Positions 1 through 11,699 of a stretch of 36,597 bases of DNA are shown here, piece after piece; position 1 is the first letter of the stretch; each line of letters opens with the position of its first letter. A program made the position numbers and the translations under genes. This stretch comes from Methylophagaceae bacterium. GTDB taxonomy: Bacteria; Pseudomonadota; Gammaproteobacteria; Nitrosococcales; Methylophagaceae. The DNA lies in contig JBFIJJ010000001.1 in NCBI GenBank assembly GCA_041600795.1, positions 1 through 36,597 of the forward strand, given 5' to 3'. The notes under the pieces were generated by a model. The model worked only from the letters and a program-made list of their open reading frames with translations, was not told where the DNA came from and searched no databases.

Positions 1-2168
1 GCTGAATAACCTGTGATTTGTGAAAAGGCATAATTGACTGTAATAATTTTGTTATCAGCATCTGAGATGACGATACCTTCCCAAGCATTATCAAACACAC
101 TGGCATGTAATCGTAGCGATTCTTCTGCTTGCAAGCGTTCAGTAATATCATAGAACCACCCTAAAATAGTATCTTGATCGAAGTAATTCAACTTCATGTA
201 GGAGGCAAGCACCCATTTTGTTTTTCCATCAGGAACCTTAAATGCAACGAGTTTATTTCTAACACTTTGTTCGGACTTTAGTGTCGTAAGTACATTAGGA
301 TAATCTTCTTTATTAACATAAAAATCTGTTGGATCAATATCATTTAATTGACTAGAGTCTAACTCTAGCAACTCGATATAGGCTTTATTTGCAAATAAAA
401 CCCGATGGTTATTATCGATAATACGAACAGCAACAGGACTATGATCTAACATCGTCCGTAACTGTTCACTATTTTGTCGAATTTGTTGTTCAATTTCTTT
501 TTGCGCTGAAATATCAGTATGAGTACCTATCATCCTAATTGGCTTGAGCTCGATATTACGCTGTATAACAACGCCTCTTGCTAAAATCCATTTCCAACTA
601 CCATCTTTGCAGCGCATCCTAAAATCAACTGCATAATGAGGGGTTCGATTATCTAAATAATCGTTTAAGCTTTTATGAACACGAGTTTTATCCTCTGGAT
701 GTAAATTACTCTCCCATTGTTCAAAGCTCTCAACAAATTCATCTTCACCATAACCTAGCATCTGCTTCCAGTGCGTTGAGAAGATTGTCTCACCAGTCTG
801 AATATTCCAATCCCATACGCTATCGCCAACACCTTCCAATGCCATTTTCCAGCGCTGTTCACTCTGTTTTAGGTTATCTGAATACTCTCTTAAGACAATC
901 ATTTGCTGATCAAGACGTGTCGCCATTGAATCAAATTCCTGAGCAGCTAAAGCAATTTCATCATTGCCAGTTAATTCATGCTTAAAGTGTTGCTCTACAC
1001 CACTATCATATAAACGAAGCGCTTCAGCTAAACGTTTAATACGTTGACCAATACTTTTATTAACTGAAAGACTAATTAATAAGCCACTTAACACGCTAAC
1101 CACTAGTATGGTGGTGATCAATGTCCACAAGATACGGCGTGCTGGTTTAACGATCTCATCAATAGGAACCAGTTTGTAATAGTGCCAACCCATAGGTTCG
1201 AGCAACATACCGACAGCAGCATATGCTACGCCATTGATTGACACGCTCTTGTTTAAAATAGTCCCATCCGGTTGCAAATTCATCGTCATCAAATCATTCA
1301 GCGCTGGCTGATGTTTTATGGTCTCGATGAATTGTGCAGGTGACGATTCAAGCAAATCCTGCCACTCTCCTGCAAGCATGTAATTTCCAGCGTTATCTGT
1401 AAGAAATAGCTGTGCATTTTGATACTTTTGCTGACGTTTCAATACTTTTGTTAAAACATTTTCTAACTGTAGATCAACGCCGATAGAGCCTAACCATTCT
1501 GTCCCCTTATAAAGTGGAAGTAATGCACTCACCATCCACACTTGTGGAACGGGATCATACAATGGTGGAGTGAAAACAAACTGACGATTAGGATTGTCCC
1601 CCGGTGACGTCATTGTTACCCATGGTGTTTTTGTATAGTCATTATCCGCTTGCTGCTCAAAAACGAACTTGGGAAAACTTTTATCAAATATGATTTCTGT
1701 TCTATAAGGAGATAAATACCAAAGATTTTCATATTGTTCTTGTGAGGCAGCACCATACAAGTCCATCACATGTTTTATCCGCATATGAACGCGTTTTTGC
1801 TCATCGCTCACGTCTTTGGGTAAAAAGATGCCCGATTCATTCAAGCCATTAAAATTAACTAGTTTATTACGCCAAATACCATCATCATTCAAACTCATTT
1901 TCTGATAAAAATCGGTTAACTCATCGTGTTCACTCTCTTGGAGCAATACGTCCTCAACCACTTTGGCAAAACTTTCTAATTTAGGGCGAGCTTGGTAGAA
2001 ACGTTGGGTGGCAAGGGATGCTTGATTGTTAGTGAGAGTAACTAATTCAGCTAATTCTTGGGCTATGATGCCTGATTGAAGATATCGAAAAGCCAAGAAT
2101 GACGCCGGAATGACTGTCATAAGAATACTGGCTATAACAATTATCGCTATCTTTTTTTGAATGTTCAT
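1..2168 (-). CDS. Membrane sensor protein, 3'-truncated by the window edge. It has a periplasmic Cache-like domain between two TM helices, then HAMP, then at least 3 PAS/PAC domains. The output domain (likely GGDEF/EAL or kinase) lies outside the window.
   Basis: Manual reverse translation from ATG at 2168 (MNIQKKIAIIVIASILMTVIPASFLAF...) stays open to position 1. It is not in the ORF track because no stop is reached. The second TM is ILWTLITTILVVSVLSGLLISL. A HAMP-like segment (SIGQRIKRLAEAL...NDEIALAAQEFDSMATRL) follows. PAS/PAC signatures include WKMALEGVGDSVWDWN...FRMRCKDGSWKWILARG, MLDHSPVAVRIID and LHASVFDNAWEGIVISDADNKIITVNYAFSQITGYS. Confidence 0.75.
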   Translation of the reverse strand, partial: MNIQKKIAIIVIASILMTVIPASFLAFRYLQSGIIAQELAELVTLTNNQASLATQRFYQARPKLESFAKVVEDVLLQESEHDELTDFYQKMSLNDDGIWRNKLVNFNGLNESGIFLPKDVSDEQKRVHMRIKHVMDLYGAASQEQYENLWYLSPYRTEIIFDKSFPKFVFEQQADNDYTKTPWVTMTSPGDNPNRQFVFTPPLYDPVPQVWMVSALLPLYKGTEWLGSIGVDLQLENVLTKVLKRQQKYQNAQLFLTDNAGNYMLAGEWQDLLESSPAQFIETIKHQPALNDLMTMNLQPDGTILNKSVSINGVAYAAVGMLLEPMGWHYYKLVPIDEIVKPARRILWTLITTILVVSVLSGLLISLSVNKSIGQRIKRLAEALRLYDSGVEQHFKHELTGNDEIALAAQEFDSMATRLDQQMIVLREYSDNLKQSEQRWKMALEGVGDSVWDWNIQTGETIFSTHWKQMLGYGEDEFVESFEQWESNLHPEDKTRVHKSLNDYLDNRTPHYAVDFRMRCKDGSWKWILARGVVIQRNIELKPIRMIGTHTDISAQKEIEQQIRQNSEQLRTMLDHSPVAVRIIDNNHRVLFANKAYIELLELDSSQLNDIDPTDFYVNKEDYPNVLTTLKSEQSVRNKLVAFKVPDGKTKWVLASYMKLNYFDQDTILGWFYDITERLQAEESLRLHASVFDNAWEGIVISDADNKIITVNYAFSQITGYS

Positions 2169-2554
2169 TACTACTTCTTTTATCTGCTCATAACTTTAGG
2201 TCTCCATCATTCCTAAATAGATAGCATATTAAATCAAGAAACCTCTAACGTTGTTCCTTGATGATATTTACAAAGGACACGTCTATAACTATATCAACAA
2301 TTATATTGTATGTAAGGCTATTTATTTTTTTAACCTAGTTTCATTCCCCAAGATCGACCTTATCTTAATTAACACCTACTTTTCCAATATAAATGCTGAG
2401 TCTATATAATTGGTTGTTTGGTTTTAACTCTTCTTCCTTCCTCCATTAATTCAAAAATAAAGCACTTCATTAAGATTTCATTAAATACTTAATTTAATAT
2501 AAAATCAGGTGATTTATCTTGCAATCAATAGCTTATAACTCCGTTTTTGGGTGA

Positions 2555-4609
2555 ATGAAATATCATGATCTGGTTCATTCTCTCGCAAAAAAACAAACTA
2601 TAAGCCTGTCAAATCCTATGAAAATAGCTAAAGAAACTATTGATATATCACCGTACCAGTTTCACGACTTAGTTGATGTTGCTGCTTTCACACGAATACT
2701 AGAAAACTTTTTCAAAGCAACCCTGATTCCCAATGGTCTCGTAGCAACCGATGGCCAAATACTCTGTCAATCAGGTTGGGAAAATGCATGCTCCCAATTT
2801 CACCGAGTACACCAACAAACAGCTAAACATTGTGTTGATAGCAATCTGGAACTAATGCAAGGCCTTAAGCACGGAGAAACGTGTGGAAAACTATGCGGTA
2901 ATGGGTTATTGGACTATGCAACGCCGATTGAGATCGAAGGCAAGCAGATTGCGACCCTATTTTTAGGGCAGATATTACACTCACCACCAAACTTAGACTT
3001 CTTTCGTAAACAAGCCAAACAATTCGGCTTCGATGAAGCTGAATACATTGAATCTATTCGCAATATTCCTATCGTAGATAAGGCACATATTGATTCGCTA
3101 ATGGCATGTATTGTTGATATGGCGCAAATGCTGGCACTAAATGGCTTAACAATACTACGCCAAACACAAATGGAACAAGATATTTCCAAACATAAAGAAC
3201 GACAAATACAATTAGAGGATATTCTTGACTCCTCACCCGTTGCAATTGGTTGGTCTAATAGCGTCTCCCATAAAATTGAATATGTAAACCGAAGTTTCCA
3301 ACAATTATTTGGTTATACTTTGAACGACATCCCCGACCTCAATAGCTGGTACAAACTGGCCTACCCCAATAAAGAATTTCGTGAAAACGTTATTTTTCCA
3401 TGGTATCAGAAAGTCGCGCTTGCTAAACAAACTGGAGTTAAACCGCCAGATCTGGAAGCAACCATTACTTGTAAAGATGGTTCAACACGTCGCGTGTTAA
3501 TTCATGTCTCATGGGTTGGACAGAGACGATTAATTAATTTCAGTGATATCACCGAACACTGGTTAACAGAACAACGAATGCAAGCTCATGATGCCATGTT
3601 GGAAATGGTAGCAACAGGTAAATCATTAACAACGATCCTTGATGCTATTGTTAATCAGATTCAATCAGAGGACAAAGAATACTTATGTAACATATTACTT
3701 CTTGATGGAGAAGGTAAACACCTACTCGTAAATGCTTCGTCACCCGATTTACCCGACTTTTTTATTCAGGCAATTAATGGCAAAGAAGTTGGTTACTGTA
3801 GCACCTCAGCTTATCTTGAAGAACGGATAATCACCGAAGATGTTCTGAACCATGAATCTTGGAAACCATATAGCCATATTGCCAAACAGGCAGGTATACA
3901 AGCATGCTGGTCTGAACCCATTATCAATTCGAGAGGTAAAATATTAGGCACATTTTCTATCTATCGGCATAAAAAGGCTATTCCAAGTCAACGGGATATA
4001 GAACTTATGATATTTGCAGCCAATCTTGCCAGTATTGCAATTGAAAGTCACCAAACCCATCAAGAACTTGAGCGCCGAGCTTATTATGACTATCTGACTA
4101 AACTGTCCAATCGGCGCTATTTTCTCAAACTTGCTAACAATGAACTTATCCGTTTGTCTCGTTATGGTAATAAACTTTCAGTTCTAATGATGGATGTTGA
4201 TCATTTCAAACAGGTCAATGATACATATGGACATAATGTCGGTGACATCGTACTAAGAGAACTTGCTCACGTTGCGACCAATACACTGCGTAATGTAGAT
4301 ATTCTCGGTCGTATTGGTGGTGAAGAATTTGCTATTTTGCTTCCAGAAACCTCGGAAGAACAAGCGATAGAAACTGCCGAACGACTGCGCGAAACGCTTG
4401 CTTGTATTGAAATTCCCACACCTAAAGGCCACGCTTTGCACTTTACTGTATCGCTTGGCATCACTTCGGTAGTTGCCAACACCAAAGACAAAGAGCTCAA
4501 TATTGATGTACTTCTCAATCAAGCTGATAAAGCGCTTTATAAAGCCAAAAATAATGGTAGAAACCAAGTTTGTGTATTTGCCACCGACACCACTTCTGAC
4601 ACTATTTAG
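2555..4609 (+). CDS. Diguanylate cyclase with PocR-PAS-GAF-GGDEF architecture
   Basis: 684-aa ORF. The N-terminal Cys-rich PocR-like region reads CQSGWENACSQFH...KHCVDSNL...CGKLCGNGLLDYATPIEIEGKQIATLFLGQ. PAS and GAF-like middle regions follow. The C-terminal GGDEF domain has an active-site GGEEF and an RxxD I-site (RNVD) five residues upstream. Confidence 0.85.
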   Translation: MKYHDLVHSLAKKQTISLSNPMKIAKETIDISPYQFHDLVDVAAFTRILENFFKATLIPNGLVATDGQILCQSGWENACSQFHRVHQQTAKHCVDSNLELMQGLKHGETCGKLCGNGLLDYATPIEIEGKQIATLFLGQILHSPPNLDFFRKQAKQFGFDEAEYIESIRNIPIVDKAHIDSLMACIVDMAQMLALNGLTILRQTQMEQDISKHKERQIQLEDILDSSPVAIGWSNSVSHKIEYVNRSFQQLFGYTLNDIPDLNSWYKLAYPNKEFRENVIFPWYQKVALAKQTGVKPPDLEATITCKDGSTRRVLIHVSWVGQRRLINFSDITEHWLTEQRMQAHDAMLEMVATGKSLTTILDAIVNQIQSEDKEYLCNILLLDGEGKHLLVNASSPDLPDFFIQAINGKEVGYCSTSAYLEERIITEDVLNHESWKPYSHIAKQAGIQACWSEPIINSRGKILGTFSIYRHKKAIPSQRDIELMIFAANLASIAIESHQTHQELERRAYYDYLTKLSNRRYFLKLANNELIRLSRYGNKLSVLMMDVDHFKQVNDTYGHNVGDIVLRELAHVATNTLRNVDILGRIGGEEFAILLPETSEEQAIETAERLRETLACIEIPTPKGHALHFTVSLGITSVVANTKDKELNIDVLLNQADKALYKAKNNGRNQVCVFATDTTSDTI

Positions 4610-4673
4610 ACTTTTCCTAGCGACAAGCTAAACGGGATATCTAAAGACACCCCGTCTAGATTTTTAGATCAAT

Positions 4674-7211
4674 TTAATTAACAGCCGCGCTTTTATACTC
4701 TTCCATTTCATTAAAGTTCAGATAACGATAAATGTCATCAGACATAGGTTCGATACCGGCGACTTTCTCTAAGTATTCTGCAACGGTTGGAATACGACCA
4801 ATGCTTGCCACAACGGCTGCTAACTCCGCTGATGATAGGTAAACATTTGCCCCATTTCCAAGTCTGTTCGGAAAGTTTCGCGTTGATGTAGAAACAACGG
4901 TTGCATTATCAGCTACACGAGCTTGGTTACCCATACATAATGAACAACCTGGTGTTTCTGTACGCGCACCTACTCGCCCGAAAATACTGTAATAACCTTC
5001 TTCCGTTAGTTGATGTGTATCCATTTTAGTTGGTGGTGCAACCCATAATTTGGTTGGTAAATTACCCATGTTTTCCAACACTTTACCCGCAGCTCGATAG
5101 TGACCAATATTGGTCATGCATGAGCCAATAAAGACTTCATCAATATCAACGCCAGCCACTTCTGATAGCGGTTTAATATCGTCTGGATCATTCGGGCATG
5201 CTAACAATGGTTCTTTTATTTCGTTCAAATCAATTTCAATAATTTCTGCATATTCTGCATCGGCATCTGGTTGCAATAATTGTGGATCGGCTAACCAGGC
5301 TTTCATGCTATCAATACGTCGTTGCAGCGTACGAGCATCTTGGTAGCCTTGTGCAATCATCCATTCCAGCAGTGAAATATTTGAATTCAAAAACTCAATA
5401 ATCGGTTCTTTGTTTAAATGAACAGTACACCCATTAGCCGAACGTTCCGCTGAGGCATCTGATAATTCAAATGCTTGTTCAACTTTTAGATTTGGCAGAC
5501 CTTCAATTTCTAATACACGGCCATTAAAGATATTTTTCTTACCTTTTTTCTCAACCGTTAATAACCCTTTTTGGATCGCTGCATACGGAATCGCATTGAC
5601 TAAATCACGTAAGGTTATGCCGGGTTGCATCTCACCTTTAAAACGAATCAGTACAGATTCAGGCATATCTAATGGCATCACACCTAAGGCAGCACCAAAT
5701 GCAACTAAGCCAGAGCCCGCCGGAAAACTAATACCGATTGGGAAACGCGTATGAGAATCACCACCAGTACCCACGGTATCAGGCAAAATCATACGGTTTA
5801 ACCATGAGTGAATGACACCATCACCAGGACGTAATGAAACACCAGCACGTGTGCTAATGAAGTCAGGCAATTCATGTTGGAGCTTAATATCAACTGGTTT
5901 CGGATACGCTGCTGTATGACAGAATGATTGCATAACTAAGTCAGAGCTAAAACCAAGACAGGCTAGTTCTTTTAATTCATCACGTGTCATTGCACCAGTT
6001 GTATCCTGCGAGCCGACCGTTGTAACTTTAGGTTCGCAATACGTACCTGGACGAACACCCTCAACGCCACAGGCGCGTCCCACCATTTTTTGGGCAAGTG
6101 TAAAGCCTTTACCAGTATCATTAGGCGCAATAGGTCTGACAAATACGTCAGATGGCGCTAACCCTAGGGTTTCACGCGCTTTATCAGTTAATCCACGACC
6201 AATGATTAATGGGATCCGTCCACCGGCACGCACTTCATCTGCAAGTGTAGTTGGGCGTAATTCAAATGTCGAAACAACATCACCCGCTTCATTAAGGATT
6301 TTGCCTTCGTACGGATAAATTGTAATCACGTCACCCATATTAAGGTTTTGAACATCACACTCAATCGGCAAAGCGCCTGAATCTTCAGCTGTATTGAAGA
6401 AAATAGGTGCAATATTGTTACCTAAGACAACACCACCCTGACGTTTATTAGGTACAAACGGAATATCATGGCCCATGTGCCACAACACAGAATTAATCGC
6501 TGATTTACGCGAAGAACCGGTACCAACGACATCACCCACATAAACTAAGGGATGTCCCTTTTGTTTTAATGTTTCAATTGTTGCAAGTCCTTCAGGCATC
6601 TTGCTTACAAGCATTGCTTTAGCATGAAGTGGGATATCTGGACGACTCCACGCGTCTGTTGCTGGCGATAAATCATCGGTATTGGTTTCACCCGGAACTT
6701 TAAATACCGTTAATGTGATTTTTTCTGGTAATGGTTGTCTATTTAAAAACCAATCAGCATTAGCCCACGATTCAACTACTCGTTTGGCATAATCGTTAGT
6801 TGCAGATTTTTCAATCACATCATGATAGGCATCATAAATCAGTAAGGTTTTAGATAATGCCTTTTCCGCTGCGGCTGCCGTTGCATCAAGGTCTAACAAA
6901 TCAATTAATGATTGAATGTTGTAACCGCCCATCATCGTGCCAAGTAATTCGGTCGCTTTAACAGGATCAATTAAATCACATGCAGTTTCAGACTTTGCAA
7001 CTGCTGTTAAAAATGCAGCTTTAACATAGGCCGCTTGATCAACACCTGGCGGAACTCGATTAATAAGAAGATCTAATAACAGTTCACTATTCTCGTTTTT
7101 TCCCTTTTTTAACAGTTCAACAAGTGATGTTACTTGTTCTGCATTGAGAGGTAGTGGTGGCAAGCCTTGTGCGGCTCTCTCAGCAACATGGTTGTGATAA
7201 TCATTCAGCAC
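4674..7211 (-). CDS. acnB: Aconitate hydratase B (bifunctional aconitase / 2-methylisocitrate dehydratase)
   Basis: 845-aa ORF collinear with E. coli AcnB from the first residues ([16 protein letters not shown] vs MLEEYRKHVAERAAEG) through the Fe-S ligand region ([19 protein letters not shown]). It uses a GTG start at 7211 with GGAG upstream. Confidence 0.95.
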   Translation of the reverse strand: MLNDYHNHVAERAAQGLPPLPLNAEQVTSLVELLKKGKNENSELLLDLLINRVPPGVDQAAYVKAAFLTAVAKSETACDLIDPVKATELLGTMMGGYNIQSLIDLLDLDATAAAAEKALSKTLLIYDAYHDVIEKSATNDYAKRVVESWANADWFLNRQPLPEKITLTVFKVPGETNTDDLSPATDAWSRPDIPLHAKAMLVSKMPEGLATIETLKQKGHPLVYVGDVVGTGSSRKSAINSVLWHMGHDIPFVPNKRQGGVVLGNNIAPIFFNTAEDSGALPIECDVQNLNMGDVITIYPYEGKILNEAGDVVSTFELRPTTLADEVRAGGRIPLIIGRGLTDKARETLGLAPSDVFVRPIAPNDTGKGFTLAQKMVGRACGVEGVRPGTYCEPKVTTVGSQDTTGAMTRDELKELACLGFSSDLVMQSFCHTAAYPKPVDIKLQHELPDFISTRAGVSLRPGDGVIHSWLNRMILPDTVGTGGDSHTRFPIGISFPAGSGLVAFGAALGVMPLDMPESVLIRFKGEMQPGITLRDLVNAIPYAAIQKGLLTVEKKGKKNIFNGRVLEIEGLPNLKVEQAFELSDASAERSANGCTVHLNKEPIIEFLNSNISLLEWMIAQGYQDARTLQRRIDSMKAWLADPQLLQPDADAEYAEIIEIDLNEIKEPLLACPNDPDDIKPLSEVAGVDIDEVFIGSCMTNIGHYRAAGKVLENMGNLPTKLWVAPPTKMDTHQLTEEGYYSIFGRVGARTETPGCSLCMGNQARVADNATVVSTSTRNFPNRLGNGANVYLSSAELAAVVASIGRIPTVAEYLEKVAGIEPMSDDIYRYLNFNEMEEYKSAAVN

Positions 7212-7255
7212 GTAAATTACTCCGAAGTGAAACTAATAAAAATATCTACCTGTAG

Positions 7256-8701
<1,446 letters not shown>

Positions 8702-8708
8702 TTGAACC

Positions 8709-9212
8709 ATGGCTGATCTCTCGACTGAAAATGCATCTGAACTGATCCAGTTTGACGGCCGAGAATCAGCCCAATCACTTGCCTTGCAATTAGCCCAGCA
8801 GGCTCGCCGTGAAATTTGTTTCTTTGGTCAAAGCATCGATCCAGTGCTTTTCGATAATTCGGCAATGATCGATTGCTTGAGTGAGTTTGCACGCCGCAAT
8901 GATAAAACTGTCATCAAATTTGTTGTAGATAATACTCAAAATAATGTTGCAAATGGACATAGACTGTTGCCACTTGCACAAAGGCTAACAAGTTCAATCC
9001 ATATTCATTCCACAGCACCACAGCATAAAAATGAAAACCAGATGTTCATGTTAGTTGATGATTCAGCTTACCTTTATTGTCCAAATCGACAACGTTATTC
9101 AGGTAAAGCCTGCTTACATGATGTCCTGACTGTACGTAATTTAAAGCAAGACTTTACTGAAATCTGGAACCACAGTAATGTTGATATCAATGCCAGACAG
9201 ATCCATATATGA
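8709..9212 (+). CDS. Hypothetical cytoplasmic protein with no signal peptide or TM helix, translationally coupled to the next gene
   Basis: 167-aa ORF starting 7 nt after the purB stop. Its stop overlaps the next start (ATGA at 9209-9212). I recognise no confident family. The alternating beta/alpha-like pattern is loosely reminiscent of a catalytically degenerate PLD-like fold, which is a guess. Confidence 0.55.
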   Translation: MADLSTENASELIQFDGRESAQSLALQLAQQARREICFFGQSIDPVLFDNSAMIDCLSEFARRNDKTVIKFVVDNTQNNVANGHRLLPLAQRLTSSIHIHSTAPQHKNENQMFMLVDDSAYLYCPNRQRYSGKACLHDVLTVRNLKQDFTEIWNHSNVDINARQIHI

Positions 9213-10012
9213 ATAAATTCATCTTTATCATATTAAGCTTATTCTCTAGTTATGTGTGCGCTGATACTAGCATTGAAACTATTCAAATCAACCATCGACT
9301 AGCACAAGATGTTTTGCCTGAAGTGACGGCATTTTTACCCGAAAATGCAACTGCTCGTGCATTTAATAATATGATTATTATCAAAGCTGAGCCGGCTACT
9401 ATTAACGAAGTAAAGAAACTGATTAACAAGCTTGATACACCACCACAACGTCTCAGGCTTACCTTATTAAAAACAGCTACGAAATTAGTCGATGAACAAC
9501 AATCACAATGGCAAGGCGATGTTGTGATCAGTGATGATGTCAAATCAGCCAGTGTTTCAGTTAAAACGTGGTCAACACAAACAGATAATAATTCTAATGC
9601 TAAATATCAAGCCCAAGGAATTGCTGGCGTACCGATGAAACTCAATATGGGCCAATTAATCCCGCAATCCCAACAAAATGTCTTTTTGCGATTTAATGGC
9701 GATGTGGTTGTACAATCCAATACGCAATACATACCTATTAATAATGGATTTGAGGCCATTGCGTCTGTGTTACCAAACAATCAAGTGTCTATTGAAATTT
9801 ACCCTCAATTCAGCAGTTTCTCGAAACGGCATGGTAGCATTGATCGTACTCAATTAATCACAACGATAAGCGGCCCGGCAGCAACTTGGCTGGAGCTTGC
9901 CCAAATTAATACGAATGCTAATTCTGAACAAGATGGTGCTAAACAGTACCAGACACATCAGCAGCAACACTATATATATATCAAACTAGACCCTATTTTA
10001 ACTACTAATTAA
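9209..10012 (+). CDS. Secreted protein with a secretin N (NolW-like) domain and a short secretin-like C-terminal region ('mini-secretin')
   Basis: 267-aa ORF with a signal peptide (MNKFIFIILSLFSSYVCA/D). The NolW-like motif reads IQINHRLAQDVLPEVTAFLP...ARAFNNMIIIKAEPATINEVKKLINKLDTPPQRL. The C-terminal stretch (VSIEIYPQFSSFS...IDRTQLITTISGPAATWLELAQI) resembles the core of the secretin beta-domain. The protein is far shorter than GspD/PilQ-type secretins. Confidence 0.55.
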   Translation: MNKFIFIILSLFSSYVCADTSIETIQINHRLAQDVLPEVTAFLPENATARAFNNMIIIKAEPATINEVKKLINKLDTPPQRLRLTLLKTATKLVDEQQSQWQGDVVISDDVKSASVSVKTWSTQTDNNSNAKYQAQGIAGVPMKLNMGQLIPQSQQNVFLRFNGDVVVQSNTQYIPINNGFEAIASVLPNNQVSIEIYPQFSSFSKRHGSIDRTQLITTISGPAATWLELAQINTNANSEQDGAKQYQTHQQQHYIYIKLDPILTTN

Positions 10013-10022
10013 AGAAGACCTT

Positions 10023-10625
10023 ATGGATATTAAACAAGCGATTGTAGAACGTCGCTCAGTTAAACATTTTGACTCATCACATGTGATGACTGATGCAGAA
10101 ATTACTGAATTAATGGAACATGCTGTATTGTCTCCTACAGCATTTAATATCCAACACTGGCGTTTTGTCAGAGTTAAAGATCCCGTTAAACGTCAACAAA
10201 TTCAAGATGCAAGCTGGGGACAAGCTCAAGTAACCGAAGCATCATTATTACTGGTGTTATGTGCAGATCTAAGTGCATGGGAAAAACAACCCCAGCGCTA
10301 TTGGCGAAATGCACCTCAAGAAGTACAAGATTATTTATTACCCGCGATTGAAAATTACTATGCTAACCATCATCAAGGCCAACGTGATGAATGTATTCGT
10401 TCAGCCAGTATTGCAGCAATGAATATCATGCTAATGGCCAAAGGTATGGGCTATGATAGCTGCCCAATGGATGGTTTTGATTTTGATCAAGTCGCTAAAA
10501 TCATCAATTTACCTCATGATCACATTATTACTATGATGATAACTATCGGCAAAAAGAAAATTGATGCGCGTCCACGCTCTGGTCAACTTCCATTAGAGGA
10601 AGTTTTTTTCACCGATTCGTTCTAG
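10023..10625 (+). CDS. Nitroreductase family protein (FMN-dependent)
   Basis: 200-aa ORF with a typical nitroreductase N-terminus (IVERRSVKHFDS...LSPTAFNIQHWRFVRV) and length. Confidence 0.8.
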   Translation: MDIKQAIVERRSVKHFDSSHVMTDAEITELMEHAVLSPTAFNIQHWRFVRVKDPVKRQQIQDASWGQAQVTEASLLLVLCADLSAWEKQPQRYWRNAPQEVQDYLLPAIENYYANHHQGQRDECIRSASIAAMNIMLMAKGMGYDSCPMDGFDFDQVAKIINLPHDHIITMMITIGKKKIDARPRSGQLPLEEVFFTDSF

Positions 10626-10628
10626 ATA

Positions 10629-11666
10629 CTAAATAATAGGTGGGGGTGCTTCTGAAATAGCGTTGCGCCCTTTTCTCTTTGACATATATAGGGCACGATC
10701 AGCGCGTTGCATAAAGCTTTCACTTCCTTCATTCGGGAAGTATCGAGCAATCCCAAATGACATTGTTATTGTACCTAAAGATTCATGCGTATCTTTACGT
10801 TGAATACGTTTAGAAGCAATATCTAAACGAATATTCTCAGCCAATTTCTTAACGTTACTTAAACTGGTATTGAGTAATAATATCGCAAATTCTTCACCGC
10901 CATATCTTACGACTAAATCACGACCTTTTACCGCACCTTTCAGACTCGATGCTACGACTTTAAGCACTTGGTCACCAACAAGATGTCCGTGTGTTTCATT
11001 AATTTTAGTGAAGAAGTCAAGATCACAAAAGATAATACAGACTTCAATACCCGTATTGTCAGAATCTTGTGTTACTTTTAATAACAAATCATCAAAGGCT
11101 CTACGATTTGCAAGTTTAGTTAGAGTATCAGTCTTAGCTTCTATTCTAGCTTGTTCAAGATCTTTCTTCAGACCTTGAATATCAGAAACAGCGGAGTTTA
11201 ATCGCTCTGTAAGTAAATCACCTGATGAAGCGGCAATTCTAGCTTCCTCTAGAACTTGATCAATAATTTTATGAACCTCTTCTTGACTCATATCAGGATG
11301 AAGGCTATCTAAACAGGATTTAAGTTTTTTAGATGATTTAGCTGACGTAACAGCCCCAGCACTGACAAAGTTAAGTACTTCCGTCAAAACGCGACGTAAA
11401 TCTTGACGCATTTCTAACAAAGCAGCTTGATCTTTACCTCGATCAAAAAAGTGTTCGAATAACTCTTTACTCTGCTGTATCGTTATTCCATTATCTTCTA
11501 GCAGTAACTCATCAATTTTAGCGGTTAATGCAGCATTTCTACCAGATACATATTCATACCATACAGTGTAGTTGTCTGGTGTCATTAGGACACCATTTTT
11601 GGTCATTAACGGAATTGCTAGACGCATATATTCCGCTACTTGATCCTGATCTTCACTATATTGCAT
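10629..11666 (-). CDS. Diguanylate cyclase (N-terminal helical/coiled-coil sensor region plus GGDEF)
   Basis: The GGDEF domain has a GGEEF active site (RYGGEEFAILL) and no RxxD I-site. The ORF track begins at a GTG (11675). The ATG at 11666 has a good SD (AGGTGG, 5 nt upstream), so I prefer 11666. Confidence 0.85.
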   Translation of the reverse strand: MQYSEDQDQVAEYMRLAIPLMTKNGVLMTPDNYTVWYEYVSGRNAALTAKIDELLLEDNGITIQQSKELFEHFFDRGKDQAALLEMRQDLRRVLTEVLNFVSAGAVTSAKSSKKLKSCLDSLHPDMSQEEVHKIIDQVLEEARIAASSGDLLTERLNSAVSDIQGLKKDLEQARIEAKTDTLTKLANRRAFDDLLLKVTQDSDNTGIEVCIIFCDLDFFTKINETHGHLVGDQVLKVVASSLKGAVKGRDLVVRYGGEEFAILLLNTSLSNVKKLAENIRLDIASKRIQRKDTHESLGTITMSFGIARYFPNEGSESFMQRADRALYMSKRKGRNAISEAPPPII

Positions 11667-11699
11667 TAAAGCCACCTGATCCTATGATGAGACACGATA

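Noticed and set aside
776-985. A 69-aa plus-strand ORF, the only track entry in the first 2.5 kb.
   Set aside because: It lies antisense inside the long, coherent minus-strand sensor gene (1..2168). It has no RBS or recognisable family, so it is spurious.
2233-2262. Imperfect inverted repeat ATCAAGAAAC-N10-GTTCCTTGAT about 65 nt upstream of the sensor gene start.
   Set aside because: It matches at 9 of 10 positions and lies in a 386-bp AT-rich divergent promoter region. It could be an operator or a 5'-UTR hairpin, but nothing else supports it.
2270-2347. A 25-codon plus-strand mini-ORF (MIFTKDTSITISTIILYVRLFIFLT) in the large intergenic region.
   Set aside because: It has no SD and an AT-driven hydrophobic composition. 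It is indistinguishable from random ORFs.
4632-4669. Overlapping short inverted repeats (ACGGG/CCCGT, ATCTAAA/TTTAGAT) plus a T5 run between the convergent DGC and acnB genes, possibly a bidirectional terminator.
   Set aside because: The stems are short or AT-rich with long loops, and several mutually exclusive foldings exist. The evidence is too weak to call without folding energies or 3'-end data.
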